From a virus, in the IMG/VR virus record IMGVR_UViG_3300013947_000003, positions 32,923-96,922 of that record: a stretch of DNA of 64,000 nt; one strand, written 5' to 3'. The position numbers were made by a program, and so were the translations under genes. Shown here piece after piece: positions 1 through 8,580 of this stretch. A model generated the notes under the pieces. The model was given only the letters and a program-made list of their open reading frames with translations, was not told the DNA's origin and did no database searches. Positions within the stretch are counted from its first letter, which is position 1; every line of letters begins with the position of its first letter.

Positions 1-905
1 TTCTCCATTTCATACTGTTGAATTGCAGTATAAAGTTCTCCAGTGCTTTTATCTTTATGCACAGGCTTCATTATATTATCCAGAATCCTTTGTCTTGTAT
101 TTCTATCTACTTCTAAATCACCAAAAAATTTTTTATCTTCAAGTATAGATTTTTTAAGAGTTTCTATTTGTTCGGCCTATTCTCTTTTGCTCTTCTCGGC
201 TTCTTCTTCTGCATCTTTTACAACTTTATTATATGCAGTTTTATAAAAATCTATATTTCCTTGAAGAGCTTCTTTTGCATCTTCTATATCTGTTCCGCCC
301 TTTATAGATTTATCTACCTCTCTTTGAGCTTTATCCTAAGAATATCCTCTATTAATAAAATCCTAGTATATTAATTTCTTTCTTAAATCTTCACCTTGAT
401 CACTTTCTTCTTCTATAGCAGATTGCTAAATACTGTCTAAATAATTTAAAGCTCCTTCATATTGTTTAATAAGATCTGGTTCTACACCAACACCTAAAGC
501 TTTATTTATTCTTTTATATTTATCATCTAATTCTGAAGAAATCTTACTTTCAATAAGTGTTCTAAAATCTTCCGGTGTTTCTATTTTAGAAATGTCTTCT
601 TCATTAAGGTCAGGGAAAATACCATCATCTGCAAAAGCTTTAGCAATGGAAGAATAAAATTTAGGAGAAGTGCCCTTTTCAGATGTGGTACTTTCCTGTT
701 CCTTAATTGTATCTTCTTCACTACTTACGCTCTCTGGTGAATCCTCAAATAAATTATCTGGATTAACCTCAGTAGTATTTTCTTCTTTTTTCTCTTCTTC
801 AGGGGCTCCTTCTACAGTTTCTGTAGTATCCTCCTGTACATCTTCATTAAACAGGTTTTCTATTTCTGAACCTGTATAAATATTATCAAATGATAAACCT
901 TCCAT
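1..905 (-). CDS. Acidic, coiled-coil virion-module protein (scaffold-like?); its 3' end runs off the window; needs TAG=sense
   Basis: ATG at 905. Track ORF 426..905 ends in TAG. The same frame stays open to nt 1 if the TAGs at 426-428, 363-365, 336-338 and 177-179 are read through. D/E-rich N-terminus, then K/E-rich heptad-like sequence. Confidence 0.6.
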
Positions 906-935
906 TTATTCTCCTTTTATCTAGTTTATTCAATA

Positions 936-943
936 CAAAATTA
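936..943 (-). promoter_or_regulatory. Bacteroidota-type -7 promoter element (TAATTTTG on minus strand)
   Basis: Plus-strand caaaatta equals TAnnTTTG on the minus strand, about 31 nt upstream of the ATG at 905. Confidence 0.35.
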
Positions 944-995
944 CTATATTTTAGATTATATTACGCTGTAATTAATAAAACCTTAATAGTAATAT

Positions 996-1031
996 TAACA
1001 AAAATATAAGGTGGGGGAAATTCCCCACCTT
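996..1031 (-). terminator. Rho-independent terminator
   Basis: Hairpin aaggtgggg/ccccacctt followed on the minus strand by ttatatttttgtt. Confidence 0.5.
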
Positions 1032-1036
1032 ATACC

Positions 1037-1438
1037 TTAAAGTTCAACTATAGATTCTAGAGCATCTTCAAACATCTATTGTGCTAAATTACCACTAAGA
1101 TGTGCAGCTTCTTCTGAATAAGGATTAATATCCAAAGCTTCACATAAATGCATTTCTAAATGATTCTTTTCATGTACCAAAGTGTTTAAAAACTCTGCAA
1201 TGCTACTAGCTTTATGTATAACAATAATGGTCATGTGATTATCAAAGCTGGAAAAAGTTAATCCTGTATCTAATTCTGCTTTATCTAAATTTGTTTTTAC
1301 GGAGTCTATAGTACTCTAATTCTTGCTCATCTAAGAGACCTTTTTAATAATTTCGTTTCTCTACTAAAAATCCAAAACATAATAGATATTTACATCCCAG
1401 TTATATTTAGTCACTTTGAATTTTTGGCATAGTCCCAT
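1037..1438 (-). CDS. HExxH-motif protein (putative Zn-metallopeptidase-like), TAG-recoded
   Basis: ATG 1438 overlaps the upstream TAA (TAATG). The frame has five in-frame TAGs and ends in TAA at 1037-1039. Motif LVHEKNHLEMH. Confidence 0.5.
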
Positions 1439-1644
1439 TATTTATATTTCTCTTTAAGTTTCTCTAATTTTTCCTCAAAGCCTTCTCTATAGCTTCTTCC
1501 GCTTCTTTCTCCGTAACCTTCTAGTTCTCTCATGGCTTTTCTATAACCATGTTCACAGCCTTCTTTAAATGCTTTTTCCAGCATTTCTTCACTGTCACGA
1601 GATCTTTCATTATAATCTTCTGTTATATGATAAATTCTTCCCAT
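1438..1644 (-). CDS. Hypothetical 68-aa highly charged protein
   Basis: Intact track ORF with a TAA stop. Confidence 0.5.
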   Translation of the reverse strand: MGRIYHITEDYNERSRDSEEMLEKAFKEGCEHGYRKAMRELEGYGERSGRSYREGFEEKLEKLKEKYK

Positions 1645-1647
1645 AGT

Positions 1648-2155
1648 TTAATCAGTTTTAGTTTCTTTTTTAAGAGTGGCCATTACTTCTTTTATGCTTC
1701 CCATTAATTCAGACATTTGTTGTTTTAACGCATTAATCTCTTGCTTCTATTTTTTCTATTCAGCAAACTCAGGATTTAAAGTCTATAATAAACTTTCACA
1801 ATCCTATACTATTTTTTTTATGGTAGTCTACACTATTTAATATACCCAAACTTTTCTATCTTAATGAGTCCACTTCTGCATTCATAGCTTCTCTAGAAGT
1901 TGTTATTACCAATGCACCATTTACTGTACCCTAATCTGCAACATCTAGATTAGCCGGTAATTTCTATAAAGTAATATTATTATCATTTATTTTAACCACA
2001 ACATCTACAACCATTTCCTACGGATTTATAAAATTAGTTACTGGAAATTTTGGTTGTGGCTGTGATATGCTTACAACTTGTCCTACTTCTATATAAGGAG
2101 ACGCCTCTTTATGAAGTATATATATTTGACTATTAGCTCTTAAATTTTGAAACAT
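1648..2155 (-). CDS. Virion-module protein encoded in two frames that meet at an A8 run (frameshift, sequencing error or two genes)
   Basis: Frame a runs from ATG 2155 to TGA 1796-1798. Frame b is open from 1836 to TAA 1648-1650 and encodes a coiled coil with TAG=Q. The frames overlap at the run of eight A (1812-1819). Confidence 0.45.
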
Positions 2156-2167
2156 ATTAATATTTTA

Positions 2168-2590
2168 TTATGCCGTAGCCGACGTTATTACTAAAGTTAA
2201 AGAATCATTAATTGTGTAAGATAATGCACATCCACAATTAATATTAGAACCGTATTGTTCTCTTCCAACATTTGTTAGAGTTATTGTGGTAGGAACAGTA
2301 GTCTACCCCTAAAATGCAACTACATAATTCTCTGTAAATAGTTGTGTATGAGCATTACATCCGCATTTACCATCTTGTGTAACAACTGTTATTACTACTT
2401 TCACAGGAATAAAAACTGTTGTTTCTACCAACCTTGGAGTTCCAGTAGTGTAAACTACTGAAACCTACGGTTGAATAGTGGAATCAATACAAAATGGCCT
2501 ACATAACTTCTCTTTATAAGTCGCCATAAAAGACAACTGATTAGCAACAGGGGCTGTTGCTAATCCTACAGGTGATATTGTTACTGCCAT
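2168..2590 (-). CDS. Hypothetical 140-aa structural-module protein, TAG-recoded
   Basis: ATG 2590, three in-frame TAGs, TAA at 2168-2170. Confidence 0.5.
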
Positions 2591-2602
2591 AATGATTAAT
2601 TA

Positions 2603-3508
2603 TTAACAATTACAACTACCTGTAGTATAAGGATATCCATAATTATTGCAGCCACATCCATAAGGGTTTGGAACTACATAAGCAGGAGAGGGAGAAGGTC
2701 TAACCTAACTTACTATATTAGCAGTCTATGCCTACTGAGAAGCTGCCAAAGCAAGTTGACTATTTTCCTATCTAAGAGCATCAATCTTATTCTGCATCTC
2801 TCTCATTTCTAACTAACAGAACTTATCATTAATAAGAGTAGTTTGCGCGGCTATAGCATTCTTTAAATCACAAGTCTACTATGCAGTAGCATATGCTGTA
2901 GAAGAAAATCCTCTCTCAACAGAACTATTTACAAAATTTATAGCATTCTATAAAGTGTTAGTTTGATTTACATTAGATAACTGATTCTCATAATTAGTTT
3001 TAGTTATAGAATCCTAAATACTGCAGCAACATTGTGCTAATTGACTGCCTAACTGACAATTTCCGCTCTAGATAGAATTGATAATCTGTTGGCCTGTCAT
3101 ACCAACCTGACTACCCACAGTTTGTATAGAGGATTGTACTTGACCTATAGCAGTTTGAAGAGTATTTACATCACAATTTAAAGTAGTGGCAAGTTGACTT
3201 AAAGCCTAACCATTACCATTAATAGCCTGTAAAAGAACTTCTCTACCAAAATCATTATTCAATTGGTTAGGTATACCATCAGCATTTCCACCAAACATAC
3301 CATTACCTCTACCTCCCCAAAGCCAGAACATTATGATTACCCAAATCCACCACATGCCTCCACCTCCCCAAGCATCTTGGTTTTTAGAAGCATTTGTAAG
3401 CATTGCCATAAGATTAGGATCAATACCTTTATTCTGCATTAGACTAGCAATAAGAGCAGAGGAATCAAAGCCCTTATCTGCTGTATCAAAAACATAAGTT
3501 TTTTCCAT
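2603..3508 (-). CDS. 301-aa protein: Gly/Trp-rich hydrophobic segment, then Q/N/S/T-rich region with Cys clusters; TAG-recoded
   Basis: Translated codon by codon. Track ORF 3206..3508 ends in TAG. The frame continues through 10 more TAGs (3068, 3014, 2948, 2879, 2876, 2813, 2768, 2732, 2726, 2705) to TAA 2603-2605. Confidence 0.65.
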
Positions 3509-3549
3509 ATATAAATAATAAAGAAGTTAATAAATAAGTGATCACTGCA

Positions 3550-3557
3550 CAAAGGTA
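3550..3557 (-). promoter_or_regulatory. Bacteroidota-type -7 element (TACCTTTG on minus strand)
   Basis: Plus-strand caaaggta lies 42 nt upstream of ATG 3508. Confidence 0.35.
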
Positions 3558-3640
3558 TTATTTATATGTCAAAATTAACAACAATGCTAAACAACAAAGG
3601 CAATACTCTGTATTATAGAATATTGCCTTTAGTATTGTTT

Positions 3641-4051
3641 TTATAAATCCTTATACTCAGTTTTTGCATCAAAAGAAGGGCACGCTTTATTGGCATATTC
3701 TCTATGCCCGTGTATAGTAGCGTTAGGATATTTCTTTCTAAGATCTTTTATAAGTTTTATTAAAGAAGCTTTTTGAGCAGCTGTTCGAGTGTCTTTAGGT
3801 GTTTTACCGTCTTTCGCTACGCCTCCTATATAACATACTCCTATAGAATATGCATTATGACCTGAGCAATGGGCTCCTATTCTTTCTATTGGTCTACCTG
3901 TATGTATAGAGCCATCTCTATAAACAACATAATGGTAACCAATATCACTAAATCCTCTTTGTTTATGCCACTACCTTATTTGATTTACTGTATAATCCTT
4001 TCCTTCAGGAGTAGCAGAACAGTGTATTATAATTTCATTTATTATTCTCAT
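3641..4051 (-). CDS. N-acetylmuramoyl-L-alanine amidase, T7-lysozyme/PGRP (Amidase_2) type endolysin
   Basis: Translation MRIINEIIIHCSATPEG..NQIR[TAG]WHKQRGFSDIGYHYVV..GAHCSGHN..SIGVCYIGG..HGHREYANKACPSFD. It is collinear with T7 lysozyme motifs. One in-frame TAG at 3971-3973. Confidence 0.85.
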
Positions 4052-4337
4052 ATTTATTTATATATAAATCTAAATCCTTTTTATACCAAAATAATTCTTT
4101 AAAGCCCGCTTGTTTCATTCCTTTAGGCAATCTTCCTTGTCTAACATAATTATCAAAAGAAGCCCTACTGATATTTAAATATTGGTAAGCCTAATATTTA
4201 CTCAGTCTTTCTTGTTTATCAGAAAGAACTCTTAAAGATTTTAGTATTTGTTCTTCTTCCTCTTTTGTTAAATCACAACTTCCTTTATCTATATTTTCTA
4301 TAAAACCTTTTAATAAATGTCGGATTATTTTTAACAT
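4035..4337 (-). CDS. Small HTH DNA-binding protein (Xis/AlpA/MerR-like)
   Basis: ATG 4337, in-frame TAG 4191-4193, TGA 4035-4037. Segment AYQYLNISRASFDNYVRQGRLPKG..LFWYKKDLD resembles excisionase-type HTH domains. Confidence 0.45.
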
Positions 4338-4698
4338 AACTATATAATAAATAAAATAACATAATTCCTGTAATTATAATATGAAAAACAAATAGATGAA
4401 AATCCGAAATATTAATTCCTATATGATAATCAATTAAGTTTAAAGTTTCTATAACAAATATATACCATAAAAATATTTTATGATATGTACAAAATCTAAA
4501 AACAATTGCAGATACATATATAAATACCCAGGGTAAAAAAGACATTCCACCAAGACAACTTAACAGCCATGTATCTATATCAAAATAAGCAAATAAAGTG
4601 TTGAAGAAATAACATAAAGCTCCTAATATTGGAATTAGCTTTAGTAATTTCAACAACACTTTATATAAAATCTTATTTAAGTTTTCCTCCTTTAGCAT
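4285..4698 (-). CDS. Multi-pass membrane protein (holin candidate by position)
   Basis: Intact 137-aa ORF with about four hydrophobic segments, in the amidase neighbourhood. Confidence 0.5.
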   Translation of the reverse strand: MLKEENLNKILYKVLLKLLKLIPILGALCYFFNTLFAYFDIDTWLLSCLGGMSFLPWVFIYVSAIVFRFCTYHKIFLWYIFVIETLNLIDYHIGINISDFHLFVFHIIITGIMLFYLLYSYVKNNPTFIKRFYRKYR

Positions 4699-4736
4699 AC
4701 TATCCTTTCTTTAGTCCTGCTTTCGGAGTTAGAGGC

Positions 4737-5129
4737 TTAGGCCTTCTTGTCTTTGTTTTTGTTTTTGCCATTTTCATCTTTTTTAGGCTAGCTCATAATT
4801 CTAAGCTAGCAGGTTAAATCAGTACATATTTGAGTAGTTAACTATATTACCGCAGTTTTAAGATCTTCAAGTTCTCTCTTTAAATTATCATTATCCTATC
4901 TTAAAGTGACAATTTCAATACGAAGTTCCTTGTTTTCCTATAGTGCAGTATCCAATCTTTCTTTATTGTCGTTACTTAACTTTTCATAAAACTCTAAAGA
5001 TGCTTCCATATTACTTATTACTGAATTATCTACTTCACTATTATATTTCTTTCTTGCTAAAAACCATGATAACCAGCTTCCTGCTGTAGTAGAAACTACT
5101 CCAATTACTGCTATAATAATTTCAGTCAT
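4737..5129 (-). CDS. N-terminal TM plus coiled-coil protein (i-spanin- or holin-like), TAG-recoded
   Basis: Track ORF 4938..5129 ends in TAG. The frame continues through further TAGs to TAA 4737-4739. Confidence 0.5.
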
Positions 5130-5133
5130 CGGA

Positions 5134-5520
5134 TTAAGATTTTTTTAGTTTATACCATGTTATTGCGGCACCTCCTATTATAAATGCAGCACCTAACCAC
5201 ATTAATAACTTTTGATACCATTTAATTTTATTAACTTCTTTCACTTCAGTTTTTGTTATATATATCGGCGTTTCAATAGAGTCTTTCTGTATCATAGTAT
5301 CAGTATGATTTAGATATTTATAAATGTACTTATACTTATATAAGTACAAGGTATCACCATTTACAAATCTGTCAATACTATCATGAACATATATACTGTC
5401 TATTTTTAATGTATTTATATATTCTGTTTTTACTTTTTCTATAGGAACTTCTTTTTCTATTATTTTAGTAGACCCACAAGCAACTAGAAAAACAAGAATA
5501 ATTATTAATAAATATCTCAT
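5134..5520 (-). CDS. Lipoprotein with C-terminal TM segment (unimolecular spanin candidate)
   Basis: Signal peptide plus lipobox LVAC|G. C-terminal hydrophobic LLMWLGAAFIIGGAAITW. TAA stop. Confidence 0.55.
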   Translation of the reverse strand: MRYLLIIILVFLVACGSTKIIEKEVPIEKVKTEYINTLKIDSIYVHDSIDRFVNGDTLYLYKYKYIYKYLNHTDTMIQKDSIETPIYITKTEVKEVNKIKWYQKLLMWLGAAFIIGGAAITWYKLKKS

Positions 5521-7082
5521 AGTTTGTTTTTTGTATACATTATCTAATGTAACGTTCCATTATATACATTAGGTTCCACAATAATTATATTGTCTTTATG
5601 GGTTACCATACTTCCGTTGCCTCCAAGGGGACTGCTAGACTTTCCTGTAGGAATTCCTTTAGATATGTTTTTAAATGTCATTTTAGATGCTTTAGTATTA
5701 AACATTGCAGTATTTAAGTTTTCACACTCAAAATCTATTGTACCTAAATAAACAGATCCGTCTTCATTTCCATTTTCAAAACATCTATTATAATAACAAC
5801 ACACCAGCTTTATACTTTGTTCATCAGACAAATAATTTTTAACATAAGTTATTCTAGGTAATGCTCCCTATAAATGTCCCCCTGCAGTATTTATTTTAAT
5901 AGGAACTAAAGGTTGATCTGCATTACCATTAATACCGTCAGTAATAGTACTGCATAAAGGATCTATAATATTTCCTCCAAATCCTAACCAAAACAATTTA
6001 TTATACTAGTTTCCGACATTACCCACTGCACGTATTACATAAAATATATGTCCAGATTCTGTGATTGTAAAATCAGGTTCAGAAACTAAAGTAGTATTAC
6101 CATGTAATATAGAGGGCGTAATTGTAGCATCCCATTCTACTCCTGAAAAATCAGCTAGTTTCATTCCATCAAAAGTCTCAAAATCTTCAGTATGAACCAA
6201 ATATATAGATCTCCAACAACCATCTGCAGAAAAATTTAATCTGTTTCTTGCGTAAGCCATAAAGTAATACAGCTTATTAAATTTGATTACTTTATTAGTG
6301 GGTATAACATGCATGTTATTGATAACAAGGTCTAAATCTTTAGATGTCCAAGTTTTACCACCATCTATAGATTTATATAATGTTGTTATTTGGTCGCTTG
6401 TAAACTTTAGAGATATTATAACTTCGTTAAGCTCTTTATCTGTAAAATTAACACAGACGCAGTCTCCAAACATACTTGCAGCAGCATTGGGAACCTCATT
6501 ATCATATATAAGTTCTTCAGTAGTATTTTCGTATATTTTATAAACTCGGTCTCTATAATTAGTTATAGAGTATAAAGTAGCTTTTTCCTGTCTTTCAAGT
6601 CTATACAAATACTGTTTATCATAGTATTGGTCTTCTCCTACTATATATTCCCAAGAAGGACTCCAAGGAGTTGTCTATTTAGTAGCATCAACTTTATTAA
6701 AATACTTTATATCTTCTTCAATCTTTTCATTAATACTATCAATATCTTCTGCTTGTTTTTCAACTTTAGAAGTAAGAGCCTTAATAGCAGTGTTTAGAGT
6801 ATTTAATTTATTATCAGTATTTGTTTTCCAAACATTTAATTCCTATATGGCTGCTTTATTGTCTGAAATGTCTTTTTCAATAGTTTGAAAATGAAAAATA
6901 GTATCTTGAAGGATATTATCCTTAATTGTGCTAAGATTAACTCTTACATTTTTAGCATTCTACACTATTACTATAGAGTCCTCATCTTTAATAGAACTTT
7001 TTAAATCAAACTCTAAATCTTTAACTCCTTTAGAATTTAACCATTTTTCTATTTTCTCTAATTCTAATCTTCCTAAAAACAT
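5517..7082 (-). CDS. Tail fibre/spike-like protein: coiled-coil N-terminus plus BNR/Asp-box beta-propeller (sialidase-like) domain; TAG-recoded
   Basis: ATG 7082 (TAATG overlap). One frame links the 7082 start with track ORFs 6006..6608 and 5544..5831 through TAGs. It ends at TGA 5517-5519, which overlaps the next ATG (ATGA). Asp-box SIDGGKTW. Confidence 0.65.
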
Positions 7083-7795
7083 TATTCTACAGCTATTAAT
7101 TGTATTTTTATTTTTCGACTACCATTATTAATAATACTACTAGTATCAGTCATTTTGGGAATGGTTACTTGCAAATATGCTTTAGTTCCAGCAGTTGCAA
7201 CTCCTTCTGAGTTTTTCCAACTTGAAGTAATAACATCGCTTTTATATACGCGTTCTCTGTCCTAAGTAAGTACATCCCCCACTTCATGTTTACACCATAT
7301 TACTATAGGTTCTAAAAAATAGTCTTGTATTCCTATATAAGGAGCACTATTCCAATAAATACTATACCCATTAAATTCTTTTATATCAGACTAGTAATCA
7401 TACAAACCATTATTCAACATAGGTACCGCCACAGTTTTAGAACTTCCTACTTTTAGGTCTTTAAAAAAGTTTCTAATACCAAGAGTAAATACAGGCATTG
7501 TTAGTTGATCATATTTAGAAGCATAACTAGCACAATCTCTTTTTGATATATAATTCGCATTAATACCTTTTACCTCAGTTTCTAAAGATGATACACTATA
7601 CACAAAGTCATCCATATTTCCTACAGGGGACCAGCTACCGTCTATATAATGGTAGATTATATCATTATCAGAATGTAACTCATAAGATTCTTCATCCTAA
7701 TCGCTTTTTATTTTCTGTTTACCTGCTTTTATCCAAAGTACATTTGTTTGTTTGGGAGGATTGGCAGAATATATAATATTTTCGTACTTTATCAT
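7082..7795 (-). CDS. Tail-fibre-like protein, paralogous N-terminus to 7798-8580; TAG-recoded
   Basis: MIKYENIIYSANPPKQTNVLWIKAGK..YHYIDGSWSPV parallels the 8580 gene. The frame contains ORF 7391..7615. TAA at 7082-7084. Confidence 0.6.
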
Positions 7796-7797
7796 AA

Positions 7798-8580
7798 TTA
7801 ATCTATTAAGGTTACTATTACTTTATTCAAACTTGCATTTGCTTCAATTTCAGTCACACTATAAAACTCTACCTTAATCCTTTTTTGTATATGTTCTACA
7901 CTACTACCAACATCAATAGTAGTTTCTGTAATATATGTAGGTCTTAATTCCTAACTATAATTAGTTTTAAAAGCAAAGTTTGTAGAAGTAAAATCTAACT
8001 TACAAGGAACTCCTGTTTGTGTATTACCACTTAAAGTATTTGTTATGATTATATATGGAACATGATAATAATAAATTGCTTTTCCCACAGCTTCCCATTT
8101 ATTATTGCTGGTAATAGTGGGTGTTATAGCAATATCACGTGTGATGCTAACTGTATCCATAGAAAGTTCATGAAGGTTATCAATCTAAATTACAGGTATA
8201 GCCAAAGAAGACTCAGTGCCTTTATAAGTAGTAAAGTTGTCACTAAGCACATTAACACTGTTATTAAGGGTAGTAACGGTATTATTTACAGTAGTAACAG
8301 TATTATTTACAGAAGTAATAGACTCTTTAATATTGTCCGTCTCACTTTGAAGAGTTACAATATCTTCTTTTATACCTGATATATAGTCAGCCGTATCATC
8401 CGCATTATTTACAGACCTCCAATTTCCGTCTACAAATTGATACAGTTTACTCCCAGGATATTCACTTTTATCCTCTTCAGGATTTTGTAAAGATTCAACG
8501 TATTTACCTGCTTTTATCCACAAAACATTATGTTCTTCAGGAGCTTTTTTTGAATATACTATATCTTTATATTTTATCAT
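7798..8580 (-). CDS. Tail-fibre-like protein; TAG-recoded
   Basis: Track ORFs 8185..8580 and 7951..8160 are in one frame, joined by TAG 8185-8187. TAG 7951-7953 is read through to TAA 7798-7800. Confidence 0.6.

Noticed and set aside
43-374. Plus-strand track ORFs 43..246 and 168..374 (similar cases: 670..879, 3869..4102, 6283..6543, 8062..8379, 8730..9024, 9361..9675)
   Set aside because: They lie antisense to long minus-strand genes that are continuous once TAG is read as sense. They are low-complexity Leu/Phe/Ser/Cys-rich shadow ORFs of an AT-rich coding strand.
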